Of a stretch of DNA of 61,747 nt, positions 51,101-61,350 are shown piece by piece. The translations under genes and the position numbers were made by a program. This stretch comes from Octopus bimaculoides (Eukaryota): positions 101,959,905 through 102,021,651 of the forward strand of contig NC_068984.1 of assembly GCF_001194135.2 (NCBI RefSeq). The letters run 5' to 3'. The first letter of the stretch is position 1. Every line of letters starts with the position of its first letter. Below the pieces are notes generated by a model that saw nothing but the letters and a program-made list of their open reading frames with translations, had not been told where the DNA came from and ran no database searches.

Positions 51101-54100
51101 CAGAACAGATACTTTTTTTTTTTTATAGAATTGGTCTCTGAGGAGACTCGAAAATTGATTAAGACTTCATTACTTTTCAGGTAAATCTATTATATAAAAG
51201 TCAATGTCTGTGTGTTCGTGTGTTACTTATAGACTCGAAAACTACTGGACCGATCCTATTGAAATTTGGAACACAAAATCCAAGCCTAGGGAGAAGGGTA
51301 ATGCCATATGTTTCATACAATTTTGAGGGGGAATAAAAGGGAGAAGAAGCCCCTGTGAAAATTCATATGCTCCAGATTTTGATGAAATTTGAACTATAGG
51401 TATTAGAAATAAATTTTAAAATCTACCCAAAATTTCCATTTCTTTGGATGATTCTAAGACCCCCTAATAAGAGCTTAACCCCCAAATTTTAGTCATTTTT
51501 CATGGACCAAAATTACTGAATGGATTCTTATGATATTTGGAACTTAGATTCAATGCATAAGGGCAGGCATAATACAATATGTTTGGTTTGAATTTGAGAG
51601 GGCTTAAAGGGGGCAGAACCCCACCATGAAAATTCATAAATTTCTAACGTTGATAAAATTTCAACCATAGGTAATTAACACATATCAAGAAGTATTCCCA
51701 AAGTTTCTGTGGGGGTCTTAACTCCCAAATTTTAGTCATTTTTTATGATCCAAAACAAGGTCAAAAGTACTGAATGGATTTTTATGAAATTTGGAAATTA
51801 TATTCTATGCATAAGGGCAGATGTAATGCAGTATATGTTTGAAAGTGACGGGGAAAAATGAGGTCATAACCCCCATGAAGATTCATGTATTTCTTTCTGT
51901 TGATGAAATTTTAACCATAGATATTAGACACAATTGAAGTAATATTCCTAAAATTTCAACTTCTTAGGAGGTTAGTAAGACCCTTTTATGGGGCTTAACC
52001 CCCACAATTTAGTTATTTTTCTTAAGCCAAGACGAATACAGTTGTAGTCATGGAAGCTGTAGAGTCACCCGAGGATACAAGATGAGCATTATTTGTAATT
52101 CGGTGGTACAACAGTGTAAGAGTTTGCTTTGAGATATACTTAGATTGCGATTTCTACAATGTGGTGCATAAATTGTCAAGTAAAGGAGAGGCATCTTTGC
52201 CTCCACTGATTCAGTTGCAAAGTGTTATTTTGAGTAAAGTTATTTGGTTGCAGACCTCCTTTGAGTCTTTTTATTATCACTGGGTTAGAGATAGTCCCCA
52301 GATGATAACATTGATTTCAAGGCCTTTCCAGATAAGTGATTTGTCATTCAAAGAGATTTATAGATTGCAAATTTATTCTGTTTAGTTATCTGTCAGCATA
52401 GTGACCATTGGCAAACTCCAGAGGTGACACTTTCATTTCGCCTTAGCCCTCATGTCACACAGTTTCTAATGTTTATTTGTGGTGGGTCACACCCTTCCAA
52501 TTGCTATAGATCCGTATTGCATCTTACCGTTGTGCCGGTCACCTGTATGGTGAGGAATCCTACATTGGGGAGTGGTAATGACTAGGGTAGGGTAGCTGAC
52601 TGCTTATTGTGATCATTCATTGTTTCATTTCCTCTAGCTTTGCTCTCTTTTACAAACCCATTGAACATTCATATATTTCCGATTTCAAAGAAATTTGAAC
52701 AACAGATATAAAACACAAGTTAAAAAAGATTCCCAACAATTCAACTTCTCTGACTAACTTTAAGACCCGCTAATAGGAGCCTAACTCCCACATTCTAGAG
52801 CTCCATTTTTCAGGAGCAAAAACCTTTGAATGGGTTTTATAATATTTTAGAATCTGGGCATAAAGATAAGTAATATGCCACGATTAGACTTTTTGTTAGG
52901 GTGTGTAAAGAGGGAAAGAACCCCCCCCCCATTAAAATTTTTAATCTCCAATTCTGATGAAATTTGAATCATATGTATTCCAGTGCATTAGAGAAACTAT
53001 AGAAGAAAAGTCTAATTCTTCAATTCCATGTGACTCGGGCAATGCTGGATATCTCTGCTAGTTCAACATATTTGTATGTCTCCTTTGTTGGTGTATGTAT
53101 GTGTGTATAGACAAGGGGGTGCTGAAGAGTTCCTGGTTTTGAATAATACAGGAGGATCAGTTAATTATTTTATTCAATATATTTCCCTTTTAGATTCACA
53201 CACTTATTGCAGTGGTCCTTCAGCCTTTCTAACTTCTGTAAAAGAACTTTGAAGGTTGGGCCTCCTAGCAGGCCTTTTGCTACACCCTTAAAGCTAGGAA
53301 CTTTTCAACCCTACCTCGTATGTGTGTGTGTGTGTGTTAGGTAAACACAATCAAGATTAAAAAAATTTTAAGCTCAATGCGAGAAGTACAGTTTGTAGTT
53401 GATATTTTGGAACCGCGCTCTCGTGTTCAATTTGGGGCAAACGATGACATTTTCTATAGCCTCGGTTCTGTTCATACTTTGTGGGTGAGACTGGGGAAAC
53501 GGAAACTATAGAGAAGCCTGTAAGTCAAACGGTACAGCCTTGTTACACCCTGTATCACACTGATTCTGTCAGAGTATTAATTTAAGAGTACACATGTGTT
53601 TTTGACATTTATTCAAGAGTAAGTAATTTAGTTGTTCAAAGAACTGAATCTTCTCCGCGGAACGACGGAGATCCAACATCATTACCATATGTCAGAAATT
53701 AAACCAGTGTTCTAATTACTGAGTATGGATGAAATAAAAAGAAAGACTTATTTATTGTTAAAATTTACGTTCCTTTTTTCATCTTTTGCGGAATGTATAT
53801 TCGTTTAGCGACTACGCTCACAATAATTGTAGTTAAAATACAATTACACCAATTAATTATTCTTAAAATATGACTTTGAAAAGAAGAGCAAAAAAAGTTT
53901 AGGGATGAAGTCGTTGGTGGTAGAGTTTACATTACTTTAGCACATGGTTTATTTTTGACGTTTTATAACATTTTAAAAGTTTATAAAACCTCACGAGATG
54001 GAATTGACACTTATTACCAAGTTCGTTTAGTTTTATTTATGTAATTCGTAAACATAATAATCCCTCTAGTCATTTATTTAAATTATCGTTAAAAATCATA

Positions 54101-54114
54101 AAAATATTTACCAT
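31150..54114 (-). CDS. GAS8: Growth arrest-specific 8 / dynein regulatory complex subunit 4; complement join(54112..54114,43750..43854,41700..41897,40738..40944,38668..38928,37040..37207,35529..35615,33457..33666,31953..32018,31150..31299), 484 aa
   Basis: Spliced ORF with GT-AG introns: [13 protein letters not shown]...[11 protein letters not shown]...[23 protein letters not shown]...[24 protein letters not shown]...[12 protein letters not shown]...[31 protein letters not shown]...[10 protein letters not shown]. Recognisable GAS8/DRC4 motifs throughout. Confidence 0.96.
31953..32018 (-). CDS. GAS8: GAS8 exon 9
   Basis: ctttgcag|[22 protein letters not shown]|gtaagg. Confidence 0.95.
32845..33185 (-). 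mobile_element. tRNA-headed SINE with CORE-like central segment (related copies ~42175-42425-, 49560-49885+, 59625-59800-)
   Basis: Shared gttgtgttcttgagcaagacactttatttcat.ttgc.ccagtcc segment after a tRNA-like head. Confidence 0.65.
33457..33666 (-). CDS. GAS8: GAS8 exon 8
   Basis: ctgtag|[12 protein letters not shown]...[16 protein letters not shown]|gtaatt. Confidence 0.95.
35074..35295. repeat. Near-perfect inverted repeat: 86-bp arms, 50-bp spacer
   Basis: Arms 35074-35159 and 35210-35295 have 2 mismatches by eye. Confidence 0.9.
35529..35615 (-). CDS. GAS8: GAS8 exon 7
   Basis: ctttcag|[29 protein letters not shown]|gttaga. Confidence 0.95.
35716..36983. repeat. Tandem duplication of ~630 bp in GAS8 intron 6
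   Basis: Copies 35716-36356 and 36357-36983 are collinear, each a family D repeat plus unique intron. ACAAA occurs at all three breakpoints. Confidence 0.88.
37040..37207 (-). CDS. GAS8: GAS8 exon 6
   Basis: tttcag|[15 protein letters not shown]...[11 protein letters not shown]|gtaaca. Confidence 0.95.
37585..37955. repeat. Degenerate minisatellite built from TAGAATGAGGTACA / TAGAATAA(T/G)GTATA modules
   Basis: More than 10 imperfect repeats with variable spacing. Confidence 0.85.
37956..38176. mobile_element. piggyBac-type MITE with ATAT target duplication
   Basis: ATAT|CCCTTTAGCAT ... GTTAAAGGG|ATAT, 221 bp. Confidence 0.8.
38172..38519. repeat. 58-bp tandem repeat, 6 copies
   Basis: Unit AAGGGATATAGGTACATAGAATAAGGTGCATTAGAATAAGTGTCTCACCCAGAATTAC starting at 38172, 38230, 38288, and so on. 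Confidence 0.93.
38668..38928 (-). CDS. GAS8: GAS8 exon 5
   Basis: ccttttag|[16 protein letters not shown]...[14 protein letters not shown]|gtaaca. Confidence 0.95.
39022..39061. repeat. (CTA)n microsatellite running into an assembly gap
   Basis: Direct reading. Confidence 0.9.
40738..40944 (-). CDS. GAS8: GAS8 exon 4
   Basis: taacag|[16 protein letters not shown]...VKTLQK|gtaagc. Confidence 0.95.
41700..41897 (-). CDS. GAS8: GAS8 exon 3
   Basis: gttgcag|[27 protein letters not shown]...RHQIEIK|gtgaag. Confidence 0.95.
42955..43480 (-). mobile_element. RTE-like LINE 3' fragment with (TGGA)n tail
   Basis: Minus-strand traces of the QLRWFGH..RP.GRP..W-type C-terminus; (CATC)n on the plus strand at ~42959-42974. 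Confidence 0.5.
43750..43854 (-). CDS. GAS8: GAS8 exon 2
   Basis: tttttag|[35 protein letters not shown]|gtaaga. Confidence 0.93.
46780..47460 (-). mobile_element. RTE LINE 3' remnant interrupted by a piggyBac MITE
   Basis: Minus peptide [19 protein letters not shown], split by the MITE at 46923-47142. Confidence 0.6.
46923..47142. mobile_element. piggyBac-type MITE, 220 bp
   Basis: TTAA|CCCTTTAG ... CTAAAGGG|TTAA, perfect TSD. Confidence 0.88.
48964..49310 (+). pseudogene. Decayed 69-bp (23-codon) coding repeat, STPR-like (E-T-x-E-Q-R-x-x-R-L), probably Helitron-derived
   Basis: Repeat starts at 49038, 49107, 49176 and 49243: [36 protein letters not shown] (after a frameshift), [13 protein letters not shown]. 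Confidence 0.5.
50122..50333. mobile_element. piggyBac-type MITE
   Basis: TTAA|CCCTTTCGCATTT ... AATGCTAAAGGA; body collinear with the other copies. Confidence 0.75.
51186..53061 (+). mobile_element. Non-autonomous Helitron with internal ~260-bp tandem repeats and a ~630-bp foreign insert
   Basis: A|TCTATTATATAAAA 5' end; CGGGCAATGCTGGATATCTCTGCTAG|T 3' end (TC...CTAG, inserted in AT). Repeated units actgaatggattt.tatga.atttggaa...ccccatgaa.attcat...gatgaaattt. Confidence 0.78.
53110..53320. mobile_element. Tc1/mariner-type MITE
   Basis: Imperfect TIRs ACAAGGGGGTGCTGAAGAGTTCCTGG / CTAGGAACTTTTCAACCCTACCTCGTA; TA at the right end. Confidence 0.65.
54112..54114 (-). CDS. GAS8: GAS8 exon 1 coding part (ATG only)
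   Basis: caacacaaaATG|gtaaat. Exon 2 has no ATG and needs a phase-0 Met. Lies next to X-box, ETS and CCAAT motifs. An alternative ATG|gtaatg exists near 53683-53690. Confidence 0.7.
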
Positions 54115-54160
54115 TTTGTGTTGTAATTGTTTTTTCGAGAGAAGGTAAGACTAGAGAAAT

Positions 54161-54310
54161 CCAATGGCTCCTTCTATAGTAACGGTCACAGTTTACATTA
54201 AATGTTGTTAGCAACAAGCCGGAACTGAAACTGTCTACGGTAGAACAAAAACTGGTTTATTCAGACAATAATAAAGTTACTTGAGAGTTGCGACAGTTAC
54301 TCTGAGTAAC
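54161..54310 (-). promoter_or_regulatory. GAS8 proximal promoter: RFX X-boxes, ETS core, CCAAT
   Basis: GTTACT-CTG-AGTAAC (54296-54310), GTTGTTAGCAAC (54204-54215), CCGGAA (~54219-54224), CCAAT (54161-54165), all 50-200 bp upstream of the ATG. Confidence 0.65.
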
Positions 54311-54560
54311 ATTATTCGGCGGGGGCACTTGTTATTTTCGTTTCTTTCATTGTATTTTGACAAGTCATTATTTTTGTTATTTCCTTCATCAAATTTCGTT
54401 ATTTTTGCCGTTTCATCAATCGGTTAGGATTGTGATGAGGTAACAGCAGAAAAACTTAAACCTACATCGAAAAGCGTTTAATGGCACACATACACTCACT
54501 TTTATATTTCTACTAATCAGACACGAATAGTTTTTGTTGAGATCTAAAATATAGTGGGAC

Positions 54561-54727
54561 CAGGGCCGTCTTAGCGGCATTATAAGCTCCCAGGCAAATC
54601 AGTGCAGTGGACCTTATAGTATTTATTATTGACAATCCACAACATACATGGATAAGAAATTGGGCCCTTAGACGCGTGAGCCCCCTGGTAAACTTGTCCT
54701 GTGCGCCCATGCCTTAGGACGGCATCG
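54561..54727. mobile_element. hAT-type MITE, 167 bp
   Basis: Degenerate TIRs CAGGGCCGTCTTA / TAGGACGGCATCG; 8-bp TSD AGTGGGAC / AGTGTGAC (7 of 8 match). Confidence 0.72.
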
Positions 54728-55419
54728 AGTGTGACATCTTACAAGTAAAGCCTACCCGTCAGATAAAAATAAAAACAAACGGTTCGTTAAGTACAACAGT
54801 CATTTGACACTTTAATTTGTTGTGTTCCTGAAATAATTGTGCTCTATGAATTGTTAATTCCGACCATCATCATATAAAATTGAAGATCTTATCCTTTTGA
54901 AATACCTCTTCTAATTTTATTGAAAATTTGCAAGCATATGTGGTAATTCTTGCTAAATAAGAAAACTACAAGAATATTTTTTTCCTTTCCTTTAAGAGAT
55001 TAGGGATCTTTGGTTTTAGGCACATATAACTGCAGGGTTGACAATGAAACCAAAACAAACCGGTAAAATATAAAAATAGACTTGGGAACGTAAGAAAGCG
55101 AAACGAATAGGTAGATGTATTAAAATTAGTATTAAAGATTTTTCCTTTTTAAATGCTTGATCAGCCCAATTTTTTCAAGTTATTACATACATATCGTTAA
55201 TAAAAAAGAAACATTGCTTATAAAAATATATACATATCTGAAAGTAATTACGTATTGAAAACTCATTTCCACATGTTTGTGTGATTATTTATTTATTTTA
55301 TTTTTTGAGTTTTAAGTTCCTCTTAAGAGAGTATAAACCGGTCGCTAACAAAGCAACTAGAATTTTTGAGTTAAGAGAGCTCCCAGCGTTTGTGTATATG
55401 ATTGAGCTGGTGAGCTGCA

Positions 55420-55975
55420 CATGCCCAAATTTTTGCATCTATTTATCAAAATAATCTCAGATGGAGAATCATTGGAATGTCTTATATATCTTCACTGTAC
55501 TGTTAATAGGTTGAAGTTGGAGAATCCGTGTCAGTCTCTTTTGCTTTTTCTTTGAAAAACCTAGTATTTCTTGGTTTTCATGTAAATTTGTAGGTACATA
55601 GCTAATGCACCTATGATGATAAGTACGAATGAGAATTTATAGTTAGGGTACAAGAGTTGTAAGTTCCATTTTAATCCACCTTAAATATTGTCTTTCCCTG
55701 GACTTTAGGTGTTACATTCACATCCACTGAGCAGATGAGAATACATGACTTTTGTTTCCTGTCCCACAGAACAACATCAGGTCTGTTACGTTTGCACTGA
55801 ATTGCTTTTTTATTGGAGTGTTCCACCAGTATTCCTTGTTTTTAAAGATGTGAATGCTTGCTGGTTCTGATATGCCTTTGTTGTATACAACAGGGCAATC
55901 CTTCCTGTGGATAGTGCTGTAAGTAGTCTTTGCAATCATATGATGTCTCAGGGACAGGTAGTATCTCATAGATTG
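55420..55975 (-). mobile_element. R4/Dong-like LINE, REL endonuclease region (same family as 5978-7119)
   Basis: RYYLSLRHH..EYWWNTPIK..; later QLLYPNYKFSFVLIIIGAL. Confidence 0.72.
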
Positions 55976-55979
55976 TGAT

Positions 55980-56262
55980 GCAAAGGAAGAAAAAAATAGA
56001 AGCGAAGGGAGAATTGTGGTAGTCTTACTTGTTGGTCTGGGAAAAGGGTCGCTTCAACGACCATGTGCTATCCGTTGTCGTAAAATTTAACACATCCGCT
56101 CTCATGTGCTGTTCAACACTGACTGACTCCTTGCGCTTCGCTGACCCCGCGTGCCCACCACAGCCCTTCTGGTGGGACCCACAGGCCCCACTTCCGACAG
56201 GACATGCCTACTCCCTCACTTCCAATCCTTCCCTACAACACAGCCTGGCTCGTAACACTACA
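55980..56262 (-). repeat. 3' LTR of the Gypsy element (left boundary uncertain)
   Basis: Starts TGTAG on the minus strand at 56262, directly after a purine tract (G8-ACGACG, 56263-56276). Confidence 0.6.
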
Positions 56263-58625
56263 CGTCGTCCCCCCCCGATCTGTAGATCATTCAATCAACT
56301 TGCCCACACCCTCTTCTGAACCCTGACCACACACCGTAATTTGTCTCGTAATCAGTCAACCAGTGAGGAGGGCACCACTCTCTGACTGCCATGGGACTTC
56401 AGGTCTGGCCTCAGTTCCTGACATGTTGCTACTGGCTTCATCCTCTTGTCCATTACTGTTGGTCCCATCTTCCATCACAGTGATGATCCTGTGCACATCC
56501 AAAACATGTTGTGGCATGCCATCTATGGACACATTGTTCCTCAAATTCACAGAGGTTATTGTCCTCTTTCACCACTGTGATGTGCACCGTGCATTTGGGG
56601 GTTTAACCTAGACTTCTTCCCCGACCTGCACAAAGGCATGCTCCTTCTCTTCTGCAGGATGTGGCGATGTGGTACATGAATGTCTCCACTCGTACTTGAA
56701 TATTTCCCTGTGTGGCACTGACTCCTCAGCCTGTCCCATCCTGGGTGATATATTATACCAAAAAACAGCCTCGACTGGTGAGATGTGGCCCCTCACTGCT
56801 ATGGTCTTGATGGTACGATGATGCCTCTCCACAACCCCAGTGCCACTTGGCCAGTATGCCACCTTGAAGAAATGGCTGACATGTCACTTGTCAAGCATTT
56901 CCCCCAGCACCTCTGAGCAAAATGCAGTGCCATTGTCTATAAGCAGCACATCCACGGGGCCTCATTCTAGGAATATCTCATTCAGTATTTTTGTGATTTC
57001 CTCCACGTCTTCATCTCCCTCCATATGGCCAACCACCCCAGTCTGCAGTCAACCATCAAGAGGTATGTCCCCTGCTGGTAGTGCGTCATGTCCACTGCCA
57101 GTCATTTCCAGTTGTGTTCCACTGGAATGCTTCCTGCCTCATGCACACCTGGAGCAGGGTCAATGGACTGGCACTTGTTGCAGCTCCCAACTACTCTTTG
57201 CACACTCTGCCTGGTCATATCAGAGTCAACTTTCCTGGCTAGGAACAGGGTACTGTCCACCCCCATGTGATGCATGGTATGAATTTTCCTCAGCTCCAAG
57301 TCACTCAGTCAACACACTGCAGCCACTCTTTGCTCCAGATCCTCTGGCACCTGCAACCAGGCTTTCTTTACTCTGGTCAGGACGTCTGCTCTATTCCTCT
57401 CAGAGGGCGCAAAAACTACACTCAGCCTCAAGTCAAACTCGGCACCTAACTCACCCAGAATTCCCAAATGGTGTTTTATCAGTATCTCTGCACCCACTTT
57501 GGTTCACACCCTCTGCTCGCTGGTGACCACTGATCCAACCCATCTAAGTACAGTGACCAAATCAGTCCAGATCTCGATGGTATGCAGCCCCCCACCTCAA
57601 GGCCAGATTCAACCCCTTCAACATGGCATCCAGCTCCACCACGTTGATGTGGTTGCAGTCGTCCTTCTTCCTAAGCCAGGTCGCATCCTCCACCATGACA
57701 CCTCCAATTTCCAGGACAATTCCCAGTGCTATGCTACTGGCATCACACCACATGATCCCATTCTTCAGTTTGGGCACATACCAGTTCCCTCTTACTGGGT
57801 CCTCCACAGTCACTGTCTCCAAGACTTCTTGCATTATGGAGGTTGTGTTCTCGCCCACGTTATCACTCCACCTCACTCCTTCAGCTCACTTTTTGATGAA
57901 GCTGCATGCTATCTTGAGCCATCCTGCAATCGGGTAGTGTCCCAGCAGCTTCCCACATACAGAAAACAGTTCCTGCATACTCGTCTTGAACTCCAGTTCT
58001 GGGATCTCATTCCCTCTCTGAAACACCAATGCGCCGGCCTCGTTTCTCCGTAGCTTGAGTCCCAGTGCAGCCCCTCCTTCCAATGCCTCCGGCGGTTTGG
58101 CAGTTAGCCCAAAACTCTTCAGGTGGCTTATGACCTCCTTTGCCGACACTATGCTCTCATCCATCAGAACATCATCAATATAGGAATTGGTGGCTCTTTT
58201 CCTTTTGTCAGCCTTTCCCAGGATGGTTTTGAGAATCGTCGCCATAATCTTCGGTGCTGAATTCAGCCCGAATCTCAACCTGGTCAGGCAGTATGTCCGT
58301 TCCTTATACCTTACCAGCTGATATCTCCACAGTCTCTCAGCCACATGCAGCTGCAGGTATGCTGACTTCAAATCAACGATTGTGGAGGGCCCTGTCATCT
58401 GCTTCCACTCTTTCACAGTTTCACTACAAATGTCTGTAGCTTCACTGCCCATATGGCACAATACATGGTCATTCAGCTCTCAGAAATCCAATACTGGCCT
58501 GACTTTATGCTTCATCGGCTGCATCACTGCCATCAGTGGTAGCACTCCACTCTCCACTTCCTCCTTCCAAGGAATCAGAATACCTTCCTAGATCCATCAG
58601 TCCACCTCTCCCTCGAACTCACTTG
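56263..58625 (-). mobile_element. Decayed Ty3/Gypsy pol (RT-RNase H-integrase), 5'-truncated
   Basis: VRPVLDF, VDLKSAYLQ, FGLNSAPK, NSYIDDVL (RT); WCDASSIALG..VVELDAMLKG (RNase H); H..HHMGVD..CNKCQSIDP (integrase zinc finger); YWPSGTGVVERHHRT (integrase core). Confidence 0.9.
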
Positions 58626-59460
58626 TTAGTATTTTTGGGGTTTTCACATCAATGGGCTCAGATCTCATCAAGCATCCAATCAAGCAGCCCAAATTTTGGT
58701 ACGAGTACTGGTACTGCAAACACATTGTGGGCCACTGTTTTATTGAATGCAGAGAGTTCTGAGGCCCAAATTTTCTTTATTTGGATGTAATATTCTTTAG
58801 TAACACATGTTTTGTTACAGGTGCCATTGTAAGATATATTTTCATCCACCCCTAGATACCTGTAACATTCCTCGTCAGATACAGGGGAAACAGTCAAACC
58901 ATTGATGGAGATGTTACTAGTCTGGTTTATAGTTTTCCCCCTTTTCACAACTATATAACAACATTTATCCTGACCAAACTACAACCCTACATACTTTGAG
59001 AATGTTGTAACTGGGTCAAGGCTCTTTTTCATCTCATGCATATTCTTTGCATAAAGTTGCATCCACAAAGAAACAGTGTGTAATTTTGGTATTTCTGTTT
59101 CCTTGTGAACAAGTGAGATATTCTTCAGACTTCTTTAATATGAATGACAAGTGGGTTACAGAAAGTATGTACAACATCACAGAGAGGCTGTCTCCTTGGA
59201 TGCATGTATATGTGCAGATTTGTATGTTTTGTTTTGTGTATATATTCTCATACATATAGTTGCATATCTAGGCATGCTTATATATATTTAAATGATAAAC
59301 TTTTGGAAAGTTTTACAGATTTTTACAGTTCCAGTGATGGATTGGATCTGTAGTCATCAAATCAGCTTTCTTCTTTCTGGTTTTGAGAAGCCTAATTTCT
59401 CAAGATTGGTATTTAGGCAGTACATTACATATTCCAGGGCCCCAATAATTACAGGTATAA
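58626..59460 (-). mobile_element. R4/Dong-like LINE: RT fragment (58626-59200) preceded by a 3'-end fragment of the same family (59200-59460)
   Basis: IQGDSLSVMLYIL, THCFFVD, FGQDKC, YRYLGVDE, AHNVFAVPVL. 59210-59460 aligns with 5978-6220. Confidence 0.78.
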
Positions 59461-59499
59461 ACATGTATGTATGTACACACAAAAACAGACAGACATGCA

Positions 59500-59543
<44 letters not shown>

Positions 59544-60354
59544 ATTTACATTACTGTCTTGAGTCCTAGGACTACTAGAACCATTTACCTGGTTTCCATA
59601 TCATATAAGGGACTGTAATCCCAACATTCCCCTTTATGGAATGCCAGTCCATCACAGGATTTTTCATTTACAGCAGAGTGGACTGGAACAACTCAGCATA
59701 AAGTGTTTTGCTAAAGAACCAACACACTGCCTGGTCAAGAAATTGAAACTGTGATCTGTGATTGTGTACAACACCCTAACCACCAGTATACGAGCCTTCA
59801 CTATACACACAAACACTTAAATATTTTCTTTCATTCTTTTCTTTTACTTGTTTCAGTCATTGGACTGCAGCTATGCTTGAGCATTGCTTTGAATCGTTTA
59901 TTCGAACAAATTGTTCTCAGAATTTAAGCCTGCTAGTTATTCTATTGGTCTCTTTTGCCAAACTGCTAAGTTATGGGAATTTAAACAAGATGACACTGGT
60001 TGTCACTCAGTGCTGATGGATGAACACAAATACAGTGACACACTCACATATGCATACATGCATGCACACACACACACACACTCACACACACACTTGTGTG
60101 ATGGGCTTCCACACAGTTTCAAGTTCACTCACAATGCATTGGTTGGCCTGGAGTTATAATAGAAGACACTTGCCCAAGGTGCTTCACAGTGGGACTGATC
60201 CCCAAACCACATGGTTGCAAAATGAGCTTCTAAACCACACAACATTACTTTCAAGTATTTCCTTTTTTTTATAAGAAATGTTTTCTTTTTTACCATGCTA
60301 GTGGAATAAATTTTAAAAAATTAAGCCATTTAGGAATTAAAGAAAATTCTTTAA

Positions 60355-61275
60355 TAATGGTTTGAAATTTTGGTATAAGGCCAGCAATTTCAGTGGATGG
60401 GATAAGTTGATTACATTGACCCCAGTGTTCAACTGGTACTGATTTTCTTGACCCTGATAGGATGAAAGGTAAAGTCAACCTTGGCAGAATTTGAATTCAA
60501 AGCGTAAGGACAGATGAAATGCTGCTAAGCATCTTGCCCAGTGTGCTAATGATTCTGCCAGCCTGCTGCCTTGAAATATGTAATAACCCTTTCTGCTGTA
60601 GGCACAAGGTCTGAAATTTTGGGTGCGGTGGCTAAGCTGATTACATCGACCCCAGTACTTGTTTAGTACTTATTTTATCAATCCCAAAAGGATGAAAAGC
60701 AAAGTCAATGTTGGTGGAATTTGAACTCAGAATGTAAAGACTTGATGAAATGCCACTAAGCATTTTGCCTGGCGTGTTAACATTTCTACCAGCTCACTGC
60801 CTTAATGTTTCCCATTTTGGCACAAGGCCAGCAATTTCAGGGGAAGGGGTAAGTTGATTATATCAACCCCAGTGTTCAACTGGAACCTATTTTATTGACC
60901 CAATAAGATGAAAGGCAAAGTTGACCATTGTGGAATTTGAACTCAGAACATAAAGAGAGGCAAAATGCTTAGCAACATTTTGCCTGGCATGTTAACAATT
61001 TTCTTAGCTCACTGCCTTGAAATCCATAATAATGACATTTAATATACTTGCATATATGTAAGGCAGCAAGCTGTCAGAATCATTAGCATGTCATGCAAAA
61101 TGCTTAGCGGCATTTTGCCTCTCTTCGTGTTTTGAGTTCAAATCCTGCCAAGGTTGACTTTGCTTTGCATTTCTTCAAGGTTGATTAAATAAGTACCAGT
61201 TGAACACTGAAGTCAATGTAATTGTCTTAACCCCCCCACCAAATTGCTGACTTTGTGGCAAAATTTGAAACCAGT
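60355..61275. mobile_element. Cluster of four family A SINEs (three on -, one on +)
   Basis: Approximate copies 60355-60575, 60590-60805, 60810-61020 (-) and 61060-61275 (+). Confidence 0.8.
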
Positions 61276-61350
61276 ATATTTACATATTTGTTTCACTTGC
61301 TTGGGATATGAAAGTGTAATATTTCCAGATTGTTTTGGTTTTATTATCAA

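Noticed and set aside
53683-53690. Alternative ATG|gtaatg for GAS8 exon 1
   Set aside because: Lies in a SINE-like remnant with poor start context and is far from the promoter motifs; not excluded without cDNA.
56840-58053. Plus-strand ORFs of 184-228 aa
   Set aside because: Antisense shadows of the minus-strand Gypsy pol.
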